NCBI GenBank assembly: GCA_027306925.1 | Contig: DAHUXW010000083.1 | Location: forward strand, 11,609-75,608 | DNA: 64,000 bases | Reading direction: 5' to 3' | From: Acidimicrobiaceae bacterium | Lineage (GTDB): Bacteria > Actinomycetota > Acidimicrobiia > Acidimicrobiales > Bog-793 | Shown here: piece after piece, positions 49,701 to 58,097 of the stretch | How positions within the stretch are numbered: position 1 is the first letter of the stretch | How the letters are laid out: each line of letters begins with the position of its first letter | Translations under genes and position numbers: made by a program | The notes under the pieces: generated by a model | Databases searched by the model: none | What the model was told of the DNA's origin: nothing | What the model saw: only the letters and a program-made list of their open reading frames with translations

Positions 49701-50187
49701 GGGCGACGGTCGAGACGTCCGGCACGGCGCCCGACTCGCTCGGCGTGCCGACCTGACAGAGCTCGCCCGGTTGGCCGCCGACGCGCGCCGTGCGATGGAC
49801 GCCGCACGTGGCGGTCGCTGCGCGATCGAGGAGGGGCTCGGTCCCCCCCACGACGCCGCGCTGAGGGCAATGCTCGACGACCGCGACGCCGTCGTCGTCG
49901 CGGGCGTCTACGAAGGCGTCGTAGTGGGCATCGGCGTCGGCGTAGCGCGGCGAGGGACGGCGCCCGTGCCGACGGGTCAGGTCCGGACGCTCTACGTCGA
50001 GCCCGGCGCCAGAGGCGTCGGCGTCGGCGAAGCCGTGCTCGACGCGCTCGTGGCCTGGTGCGCCACCCGGGGGTGCCTTGGCGTCGACATCACGACGCTG
50101 CCCGGAGATCGCGGGACCAAGTCGCTCCTCGAGCGTGCGGGTTTCGCCGCGCGAAGCGTCGTCATGCACCGGTCACTGCGCGCCTGA
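49687..50187 (+). CDS. GNAT-family N-acetyltransferase
   Basis: GTG 49687 overlaps the upstream gene end. Contains LYVEPGARGVGVGEAVLDALVAW (the Q/RxxGxG/A acetyl-CoA motif). Confidence 0.72.
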   Translation: MPEAEGDGRDVRHGARLARRADLTELARLAADARRAMDAARGGRCAIEEGLGPPHDAALRAMLDDRDAVVVAGVYEGVVVGIGVGVARRGTAPVPTGQVRTLYVEPGARGVGVGEAVLDALVAWCATRGCLGVDITTLPGDRGTKSLLERAGFAARSVVMHRSLRA

Positions 50188-50216
50188 CGCGCCGGCATTC
50201 GGCGCGCCTCCCCCGA

Positions 50217-51818
50217 TCAGGCGTCGGTCGCGGCTCGAGCCTCTCCGGGTCCGCCGGCGTCACGATCGTCAGAGGCAGCGGGTGCATGCGCCGGAGGCGC
50301 TGCCGTCTCGGGCTCGGGCGCGACGTCGACCGCTGCCGTCTCGGGCTCGGGCGTCGCCTCGGCGGGGCGCGTGTCGAGCTCGACCGACGTCGACGGGGAG
50401 CCGCGGGGCGCACCGGTCGCCGGAGGCGCGTGGCGCGCCGGGACCGCAGCGCGTGCCGGCGGCGGTGGCAGCGGTCGGGGCGGCGGCGGCATCGTGAGCC
50501 CGAGCAGGCGCGCGAGCGCGGGGATCCTCCCGGCCTCCGCCTGTGCGGCGCGGCGCACCGCGCCTGCAGGGTCTTCGGGCATCCCCTCGGGCTTGATCGA
50601 CCTGCGAATCGGCGACGACACGGCGGCCTCGAGGATGGCGAGCCACCGATCCGGCGGTGTGGCGGCGGTCATCGCGCTCCCAGCCGACTCGGCGAGCCGG
50701 GTGACGAGCGCCGCGGGGAAGCGGGCGGTCGGTTCCGGCGGACGCGACGACAGGCGGAGCGCCTGAAGGATCCGACCCTCGTCGAGCGCGCGGACGACGT
50801 CGGCTTCCCACGTGCTGCGAAGCTTCGTCACCCGCTCGTCGAGCGCCTCCCGGAGCCGCTGGAGCAGCGTGCGACCGGACTCGTCACGCGGCGCTCCACC
50901 GACCACCGCGGTGCGAAGGTCACGGAGCGACACGGTGTCGATCCGGGCGACCGTCGCCTCGGCACGGTCCAGCCACGCGGCCTCCCGCACGCCTGGGAGG
51001 AGCTGCTCGGCGAGCCCGAGGATCGCGTCACCCGGTTCATGTGCGCGGCCCTCGGCACGAGCTGCGGCACGGGCTTCGTCGAGCGCGCGCCGGACGGCAG
51101 GAAGGCCGCCAGCGGCGAGCTGCTCCGCGACCGGCCGCTGCTCGGGGGGGAGCGTCTCGAGGTACGCGCTGCGATGCGCGGTCCCGGGTACGAGCCGTTG
51201 CGGTCTCGCCTTGGCGTGGCGCGCTCCTGCGGCTTCCGCGGCCAGCGAGCGGGTGCCGGTCGGCGTGCCGGCGGCCGGTGTCCTGCCCGCTCGCGACGCG
51301 TCGTCGCGCGCGCCTGCGCTCCGCGGCCGACCGCGCGCGGGACCGGGCCTGCGATCCGTGTCGCGGCCGATCGGCCCTGCGGCTCCATGGCGCTCGGGGC
51401 GCGTCCCGTCCGGGCGGGCGCCGTCGCGCCGGGGCCCCTCGCGACGCGACCCGGTCGTCGGGCGGCCCGTCGCATCCGAACGGCCGCGATCGCGGTCGCC
51501 CCCGGGACGCGAGCCGCGGGCGCCGCGTCCGACGAGCGAGGTCGTGACCGCACCGACCGCGGGTCGCGACGCGATCTCGATCATGCCGGCACGCTCGGGC
51601 TTCTGCTTGGGCGGCAGCACCGACGTGATCGTGATGCCGTCGAGCTCGAAGTCCGCCTCGACGCGAAGGACGTCACCGACACTGCTCCCGGAGGGCAGGA
51701 CGTGCTCCGGCACCACGCCGCGCGGCTCTTTCGCGCCCGCGGCGCGCCAGGTCCAGGTGCCGTCGTCCCGGTTCGAGGTCAGTTCGACTTCCATGCGGCG
51801 CGCCATGTCGAGCGTCAA
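50217..51818 (-). CDS. Hypothetical protein: small N-terminal beta-rich domain, long Arg/Gly/Pro-rich disordered region, helical C-terminal domain, Pro-rich tail
   Basis: 533-aa ORF. The opposite-strand ORF 50058.. is only the spurious upstream extension of the ABC exporter. Start uncertain (MTLDMARRMEVEL..). Confidence 0.6.
   Translation of the reverse strand: MTLDMARRMEVELTSNRDDGTWTWRAAGAKEPRGVVPEHVLPSGSSVGDVLRVEADFELDGITITSVLPPKQKPERAGMIEIASRPAVGAVTTSLVGRGARGSRPGGDRDRGRSDATGRPTTGSRREGPRRDGARPDGTRPERHGAAGPIGRDTDRRPGPARGRPRSAGARDDASRAGRTPAAGTPTGTRSLAAEAAGARHAKARPQRLVPGTAHRSAYLETLPPEQRPVAEQLAAGGLPAVRRALDEARAAARAEGRAHEPGDAILGLAEQLLPGVREAAWLDRAEATVARIDTVSLRDLRTAVVGGAPRDESGRTLLQRLREALDERVTKLRSTWEADVVRALDEGRILQALRLSSRPPEPTARFPAALVTRLAESAGSAMTAATPPDRWLAILEAAVSSPIRRSIKPEGMPEDPAGAVRRAAQAEAGRIPALARLLGLTMPPPPRPLPPPPARAAVPARHAPPATGAPRGSPSTSVELDTRPAEATPEPETAAVDVAPEPETAAPPAHAPAASDDRDAGGPGEARAATDA
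50298..50353 (-). repeat. 23-bp direct repeat with 33-bp period inside the CDS (encodes PEPETAA twice)
   Basis: CGCTGCCGTCTCGGGCTCGGGCG occurs at 50298-50320 and again at 50331-50353. Confidence 0.8.
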
Positions 51819-51956
51819 GCTACCGCCTCTGAACGACCGGTGCGTACGGCCGGCCGGACGCGGGCATGCGGGGCGACGTTACGCTCCACCGCGCAGCGCC
51901 TGGCGGCCGCGGCTTCGCGGCGGGTGCGCCCGCGCGCGGGGGGTGGTCGAGCAGGT

Positions 51957-53915
51957 ATGGGTCCGATGATGCACGGCATGGGCGGCGGCGGTGCGAACGC
52001 CGGCGCGTTCCGCGTGGTGCGCTCGCTTCGACGCGACGACTCGGTGAAGGGCCAGCAGCTCGCGCCCGGAACCTGGAAGCGGGTTCTCGAGTTCGCGCGA
52101 CCCTACCGGGCGTTGCTCGGAGTCTTCCTCGTCCTCATCGTCCTCGATGCCGTCGTGGGCGTCGCGAGCCCGCTGCTTTACCGCGAGATCATCGACCGCG
52201 GGATCCTCGGGCACGACACGGGCGTGGTCGTGGCGCTCGCGGCGGCGGTGGCCGGTCTCGCGGTCGTCGACGTCGCACTCGGCGTCGCCGAGCGCGGACT
52301 GTCGGCCCGCATCGGCGAGGGCCTCATCTTCGACATGCGGTCTCGGGTCTTCGGGCACGTGAGCTCGATGCCGTTGGCGTTCTTCACGAGGACCCAGACG
52401 GGTGCGCTCGTGTCGCGCTTGAACAACGACGTGCTCGGTGCGCAGCAGGCCTTCACCGACGTCTTCTCGAACGTCGTGGGCAACGTCGTGAGCGTCGCGC
52501 TCGTCGTGGCGACCATGCTCGTGCTCTCGTGGCCGATCACCCTCGTCGCGCTCGCGATCCTCCCGCTGTTCGTGTTGCCGGCGCGACGCATGGGCCGGAG
52601 GCTCCAGGTCATCACGCGCGAGGCGTACGGGCTGAACGCGGAGATGACCACGATGATGAGCGAGCGCTTCAACGTGTCGGGAGCGCTCCTCGTGAAGATC
52701 TTCGGGCGCCCGCACGCGGAGCGCGAGTCATTCGACGCGCGCGCTGCGAGGGTACGCGACATCGGGATCACCCAAGCCCTCTACGCCCGGATCCTCTTCG
52801 CGTCGCTGATGCTCACCGCGTCGCTCGCGACCGCGCTCGTCTACGGCTGGGGCGGAGTCCTCGCCGTCCACAACGTCCTGCCCGTCGGCACGGTCGTCGC
52901 GCTCACCGCATACCTCGCGCGCCTCTACGGCCCGCTCACCCAGCTCTCGAACGTCCAGGTCGACGTGATGACCGCGCTCGTCTCGTTCGACCGCGTCTTC
53001 GAGGTCCTCGACCTTCCGCCGATGATCGCGGAGCGGCCGGGCGCGGTACCGGTTCCGCGAGGCCCGGCGCGGGTCGAGCTCGAGCACGTGGACTTCGCGT
53101 ACCCGGGCGCGGACGAGGTCTCCCTGGCCTCGCTGGAGTCCGTCGCCGTCCTCGAGCGCTCGGCCCGCGTCGAGGTCCTCCACGACGTCTCGCTCACGGT
53201 CGAGCCGGGCCAGCTGCTCGCGCTCGTGGGACCCTCCGGGGCGGGCAAGACGACGATCAGCCACCTCGTCGCACGGCTCTACGACGCGAGTGCCGGGGTG
53301 GTGCGCATCGACGGCATCGACGTGCGCGACGCGACGCTCGAGTCACTGCAGGCGGTCGTCGGCATCGTGACCCAGGACGCCCACATGTTCCACGACACCG
53401 TGCGCGCCAACCTGGCCTACGCGAAGCCGGGTGCGTCCGACGCCGAAATGCGCGAGGCGCTCGCGCGGGCGCAGATCCTCGAACTCGTCGACACCCTCCC
53501 GGACGGCCTCGACACGCTCGTCGGTGACCGCGGATATCGGCTGTCGGGAGGGGAGAAGCAGCGGATAGCGATCGCACGACTTCTCCTGAAGGCGCCCGAC
53601 GTCGTCGTGCTCAACGAGGCGACCGCACACCTCGACTCGGAGTCGGAGGCAGCGGTGCAGCGGGCGCTCGAAGTCGCGCTCGCCGGCCGCACGTCGATCG
53701 TGATCGCGCACCGGCTGTCGACGATCCGCAACGCCGACCAGATCGTCGTGCTCGAGGCAGGAAGGATCGTCGAGCGAGGCCGCCACGGCGACCTTCTCGC
53801 ACGCGGTGGCGTGTACGCGGAGCTCTACCGGACACAGTTCGCGGAGCCGGATGCCGGCGCCACGGGGCACGGCGCGCCCGACCGGCTCGACGCGGACCGC
53901 CCGCCGGAGCGGTGA
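51957..53915 (+). CDS. ABC exporter, fused permease/ATPase (MsbA/type IV exporter-like)
   Basis: ATG 51957 inside ORF 50058..53915. Six TM helices followed by Walker A GPSGAGKTT, signature LSGGEKQRIAIAR and Walker B VVVLNEATAHLD. Confidence 0.9.
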   Translation: MGPMMHGMGGGGANAGAFRVVRSLRRDDSVKGQQLAPGTWKRVLEFARPYRALLGVFLVLIVLDAVVGVASPLLYREIIDRGILGHDTGVVVALAAAVAGLAVVDVALGVAERGLSARIGEGLIFDMRSRVFGHVSSMPLAFFTRTQTGALVSRLNNDVLGAQQAFTDVFSNVVGNVVSVALVVATMLVLSWPITLVALAILPLFVLPARRMGRRLQVITREAYGLNAEMTTMMSERFNVSGALLVKIFGRPHAERESFDARAARVRDIGITQALYARILFASLMLTASLATALVYGWGGVLAVHNVLPVGTVVALTAYLARLYGPLTQLSNVQVDVMTALVSFDRVFEVLDLPPMIAERPGAVPVPRGPARVELEHVDFAYPGADEVSLASLESVAVLERSARVEVLHDVSLTVEPGQLLALVGPSGAGKTTISHLVARLYDASAGVVRIDGIDVRDATLESLQAVVGIVTQDAHMFHDTVRANLAYAKPGASDAEMREALARAQILELVDTLPDGLDTLVGDRGYRLSGGEKQRIAIARLLLKAPDVVVLNEATAHLDSESEAAVQRALEVALAGRTSIVIAHRLSTIRNADQIVVLEAGRIVERGRHGDLLARGGVYAELYRTQFAEPDAGATGHGAPDRLDADRPPER

Positions 53916-53938
53916 ACGGCACCGACGTGCCACGACCC

Positions 53939-54736
53939 TCACCGCACCTGAGGTAGCCACAGGGCGGCGGCGCTATAGGCCTCGAGACAGCACCACCCGG
54001 CCGCGAGGAGCGGAAGGACGCGTCCCAGGCGGCGGCGAGTGAGCGCGACCGCGGCGGAGAGCGCGGTGCCGGCGACCCATCCTGCGAGCGCGGCCAGCGG
54101 CGGACGCCTGATCGGGTCAGGGGCCGCGGGAAGCGACGCGACGCGCTCTTCGTACACGTAGCTGCGCGCCGGCGCCCGTCTCGCGACGGACGCGAGCGTC
54201 GCGGCCCGATCGAGGCGTGCGAGCACGACGAGGCGCCGGGCAGCCGAGTAGCGCGGCGTGCAGGTCGTGAGGGTCACGGTCCACCCGCGTCGCCGGTCGA
54301 GCACGGAGACGTCGGTGGGTAGGACGCTCCTCACGGAGGTGACCGTGTATATCCAGGTCAAGTGTCGCACCGCGACGATGACGTGGTCGCCCGGGTGGAC
54401 CGCCTGGAGGTCGTAGAACGGCCGCAGCCAGGTCGTGCGGTGCCCGGAGACCACGAGGTTCCCCGGCTCGCCGGGCAGCGCGGTGCCGGGGTAGTGGCCG
54501 GGACCGAGCGCGAGGCGCTGCGGGTCCACGCCTTCGACGACCACGTCGCCTCGCACGTTGGCCGCGGGGATCGTGATCGTCCCGATCGGCGTGCCGAGGG
54601 CGATCGCTCGCGGCCACTCGACGTGCGGCACCGACGGAGCGGCCACGACCCGGACGGAACGCGCGACGACACGCGTCAAGGTCCGCGACAGGGCGCGTTG
54701 GGCCCGAAGCGCAGGCGCACGTGTCGCGAACGGCAT
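53939..54736 (-). CDS. Sortase (class E-like); 5' end apparently disrupted
   Basis: Contains GHYPGTALPGEPGNLVVSGHRTT (catalytic His) and TLTTCTP (TLxTC catalytic Cys). See the finding on the in-frame TAG upstream. Confidence 0.78.
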   Translation of the reverse strand: MPFATRAPALRAQRALSRTLTRVVARSVRVVAAPSVPHVEWPRAIALGTPIGTITIPAANVRGDVVVEGVDPQRLALGPGHYPGTALPGEPGNLVVSGHRTTWLRPFYDLQAVHPGDHVIVAVRHLTWIYTVTSVRSVLPTDVSVLDRRRGWTVTLTTCTPRYSAARRLVVLARLDRAATLASVARRAPARSYVYEERVASLPAAPDPIRRPPLAALAGWVAGTALSAAVALTRRRLGRVLPLLAAGWCCLEAYSAAALWLPQVR

Positions 54737-55392
54737 GTACAGAGCGAAGCCTGCGGCGACCGCGGCGACTACGACGAGCGCGCCACCGAGCGCACGTGCG
54801 GCGCGCCGGCGCGCGCGCGGGTCGGGGATCGCGACGTCGCCGATCTACGAGACGGACGGGTCCCGACGACGGCGGCGAGTTGTCGCGACCCGGCCGGCGA
54901 CGGAGCGCGTCCGCCCGCCGACGGCGCGACAGCGATGACCCGGAGCCGCGACCATAGGAGCCAGTGTGACAGATCCGCGCCGGCGTGTCATCCGCTCCCG
55001 AGCGTCAGACGGTCGCGCGAGCGGCGGTGCCTCCTCGGACGCCGACGACGCGAGCGGCGTCGAGCCCCTGCGTCTGTCGCGCCGCTGCTCGATACGCCAT
55101 ATACCCACTGCGCGATGAACGTCACACTACGTGACCGCATTCGCGCACAATGCGTTGTCAGTCACTGATCGCGGTCGGACATACACAATGCGTGTTCCGA
55201 TAGCCGCGAACTCTCTGCTTCAGCCATTGCGACCTGCACGCCGTCCTGCCACGCTTGGTAACAGCACCACACCGTGAGGTGTCCGCACAGCGGTTCGCCT
55301 TTCGACCGATCGGTGTCCTCGGACGTCGGACACGCGATCGCGAGCACATATGGCGCTGGCGGATTATCGGACAATAGGGTCGGAATGCGGGT

Positions 55393-56106
55393 ATGAATCG
55401 CAGCTGGACGAAGGGATTGGTCGGTGGACGAGCTGCGATCGGCTCGGTCGCCCTCCTCGTCGTCGCGGCGGCTGCGTTGCTGCCGGGAACCTCGGCCCGG
55501 GCAGCCACCTCTCCGTTGCCGGCCTCGGTCGACTGGGCGCAGGGGCTGAGCTTCGGACCCGTGGGGAACGTGGGTGCTGGCGCGGTGGCCGACTGCGCGG
55601 TGGCCGCGGTCGCGGACATCGAGCAGGTCCTCCTTCGACGTCCGGAACCTGCCGACCCGGCGCCGTACCTCGCGGCGTACGGCGCGCTCGCTCGGGCCTC
55701 CGGCGAGACGCCGGGTCCGACAGCCGGACTGCGACCGAGCGACGTGCTCGCGACATGGCGCACCCGTGGGATCGCCGGGACACACGCAAACACACGTCGG
55801 CTCGCGGCGCTTGACGTCGCAACGGTCGAGCGTGCCCTCTCCGTCGGCCCGCTGTATTCCGTGCTCGAACTGCCGCCCCCCGCTTCGACAGCCGCGACCT
55901 GGGTCGATGCTCACGGCGTCGCGCTCACCGCCTGGTCCGCGTCCAGCGCCCCAGCGGGCTACACGGCGCGCGGGCCACACGTCGTCGCCGTCGTCGGTTA
56001 CGACCCGGTCGGGGTCCTCGTCGCGACCTGGGGGTTCGTCCAGCCGATCACGTGGGCCGAGTGGCACGTCCTGGCCACCGTCGCATGGGCGGTCCTCCCG
56101 GCCTAG
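55393..56106 (+). CDS. Secreted papain-like (clan CA-like) cysteine peptidase fold protein
   Basis: Signal peptide (AAIGSVALLVVAAAALLPGTSARA). A candidate nucleophile context is VADCAVAAV. GPHVVAVVGYDPVGVLVATWG resembles the papain H-x-V-x-x-VGY...SWG block. Confidence 0.45.
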   Translation: MNRSWTKGLVGGRAAIGSVALLVVAAAALLPGTSARAATSPLPASVDWAQGLSFGPVGNVGAGAVADCAVAAVADIEQVLLRRPEPADPAPYLAAYGALARASGETPGPTAGLRPSDVLATWRTRGIAGTHANTRRLAALDVATVERALSVGPLYSVLELPPPASTAATWVDAHGVALTAWSASSAPAGYTARGPHVVAVVGYDPVGVLVATWGFVQPITWAEWHVLATVAWAVLPA

Positions 56107-56173
56107 CGCCGCCGGCTGCCGCGGCCCGGGTCGGCCGGTCAGACGACCGGTCGCCCGTCGGGTACCCCGGCGC

Positions 56174-57229
56174 CTAGCGCTGATATTTGCCGATCACGGA
56201 TCGCGGTCCGAATCCCGACACGTATGCGCTGAGCGTCTTTGGGGCGGCCACGGGATCGAGCTGCAGGATGTGGTCGTGGCCCGCATCGAACCACGACTCG
56301 TACGCGACGACGTGTGCCTTCACGAACTGCGCCATGGCCGCCACATACGCGCCGTCGTCGCCGAACGTGCTCACGGTGCCCCATTCCGGGATGCTCGCGG
56401 GCTTGTGATGCGCGCGTGCGAAGTTGTAGATCTCGAGCAGACCGAGCGGCTCCGTCGTGAGCGTGCGCCAGCGCGTCGAGCTGCCGACGGGCGGGAGCGG
56501 GATCGGCGACTCGTCGTAGGCATCGATCCCGACGATGTCGACGTAGGCGTCGCCTGGGTAGTACCGGGCGAGCGGGATGTTCTGGTAGCCGGCGTTCACG
56601 TTCCAGTCGAACAGGAAGTGCGCGCCGGGAACGGCACGCATGATCCGGACGATCCGTGCGAAGTAGAGGGCCCACTGCCGCTCCTGTGTCACCGTAGAGC
56701 CGATCCAATCGGACTCCCAGGGGCCGTTCATCTCCGGACCGAGACGCACGACCGCGTATCCGAGCCCGGCGGACACGAGGTTGCGCGCGAGGCGACGGGA
56801 GTAGGTGTCGTACGCCCCGGACGCGCCCTTCGAGCGCCAGTTCGCGAGCTTCGCCACGTTGTTCGGGACGAGGTTCTGCGTGAGGACGATCGTGCGGCGC
56901 GTCGAATCCGCTGCGACCCACCTCGTGTAGCCGAACTGCGGCTGGGTGAGCCACGGGGACGCCCACGTGGTCCAGTTCGGGTCCGCGGTGTTGAACACCT
57001 CGACGCAGCGGTACGTGACGCCTGTCGCGCGCTCGGCCGCTCGCATCTGGCTCCCGAGCGTTGCGTATATGCACGTGGTCTTGGAGTTGCCCGCCTGGAC
57101 GAGTCCACCTGGTCGGACCGCGTGGGCGGTGCGGCCGACCCGTGCCGCGGCGCCAGCGCCCGACGCGCCGAGCGCGAAGACCGCGAGCGACGCGAGGAGC
57201 ACAACAGCCGCGAATCGTCGGTTCGGCAC
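56174..57229 (-). CDS. Secreted GH26-like glycoside hydrolase family protein, paralogue A
   Basis: GTG 57229 follows AAGGA. It has a signal peptide. RLGPEMNGPWESDW parallels GH26 HEMNGxWFWWG; VDIVGIDAYD and IPEWG supply the second catalytic Glu context. Confidence 0.6.
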   Translation of the reverse strand: MPNRRFAAVVLLASLAVFALGASGAGAAARVGRTAHAVRPGGLVQAGNSKTTCIYATLGSQMRAAERATGVTYRCVEVFNTADPNWTTWASPWLTQPQFGYTRWVAADSTRRTIVLTQNLVPNNVAKLANWRSKGASGAYDTYSRRLARNLVSAGLGYAVVRLGPEMNGPWESDWIGSTVTQERQWALYFARIVRIMRAVPGAHFLFDWNVNAGYQNIPLARYYPGDAYVDIVGIDAYDESPIPLPPVGSSTRWRTLTTEPLGLLEIYNFARAHHKPASIPEWGTVSTFGDDGAYVAAMAQFVKAHVVAYESWFDAGHDHILQLDPVAAPKTLSAYVSGFGPRSVIGKYQR

Positions 57230-57377
57230 TAGCGATCCTTCGAGCTGCCGGGCTCGCGCGCCCGGCGGCTCGAGGCGGGGCCCCTCGCGCTTCGCATGCT
57301 CCGATTGTACGGTGCACCGCGCGATCGCAGTACCGTTGCGCGGCGGCACGGAAACGCCTCCGCTCGCCGGTGCGACG

Positions 57378-57383
57378 TACACT
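57378..57383 (+). promoter_or_regulatory. -10-like hexamer TACACT positioned for a leaderless transcript starting at GTG 57390
   Basis: A TAnnnT hexamer lies 6 nt upstream of the start codon. No RBS. Confidence 0.25.
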
Positions 57384-57389
57384 GCAAAC

Positions 57390-58097
57390 GTGGGTCAACA
57401 GTTCCGAGTCGTGTCCCCCCACCTCGACGACGCGGCCCTCAGCTGTTCGCGATTTGCCGTCGCGCACCCGCACGCTCGCTTGCTTACGGTGTTCGCGGGC
57501 GGCCCGGCGCGCGTCGACCCGCTCCCTCCCTGGGACCGTGCCGCGCGATTCTTCCGGGACGGAGACGACGTGACCGCGATCCGGCGCGCAGAGGACCGAG
57601 CGGCATGCGAGATCCTCGAGGCGATCCCCGAGCATCTCGACTTCTGGGACGGCCAGTACCGGTCGGCCGCGTACGGCTACACGGGGCCGGCCGATGCCGC
57701 GCTCGAAGCGGCGATCTCCCTCCGGCTCGAGCGGCTCGCCGCGTCCGATCCGGTCGACGCGTGGCTCGTGCCGCTCGGGCTCGGGCACAGCGATCATCGT
57801 CTAACCTCTGACGTCTGTCTCGCGCTGGCGCAGCGGACCGACCTCGTGACGTACGTCTACGGCGACCTGCCGTACTGCGCGGAGCGCGAGGACGAAGTCC
57901 TCGAGCGTCTCCACTCGCTCGCCCAGCGAGGATTCGCGCTCGTCGAGAAGACGCCGACCAAGCCCGAAGGGTCGTCGGCGCACAAGCGCGAGGCGGTGCG
58001 CGCTCACCGCTCGCAGCGTCGATCCCTCGGGCGCCGAGCACGGCGGGCGGTCCGTGCGACGGAGCGGCGCTGGGCGCTCTCCCGGACTTCAACTTGA
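57390..58097 (+). CDS. LmbE/PIG-L family de-N-acetylase
   Basis: Contains VVSPHLDDAALS (PHxDD) and LGHSDHRL (HxDH), the zinc-binding motifs of PIG-L. Confidence 0.75.
   Translation: MGQQFRVVSPHLDDAALSCSRFAVAHPHARLLTVFAGGPARVDPLPPWDRAARFFRDGDDVTAIRRAEDRAACEILEAIPEHLDFWDGQYRSAAYGYTGPADAALEAAISLRLERLAASDPVDAWLVPLGLGHSDHRLTSDVCLALAQRTDLVTYVYGDLPYCAEREDEVLERLHSLAQRGFALVEKTPTKPEGSSAHKREAVRAHRSQRRSLGRRARRAVRATERRWALSRTST

Noticed and set aside
50058-51956. 630-aa N-terminal extension of the ABC exporter ORF (1285 aa in the track)
   Set aside because: The extension is antisense to the better-structured minus-strand gene 50217..51818 and is Arg/Gly-rich. The exporter's first TM domain begins right after ATG 51957.
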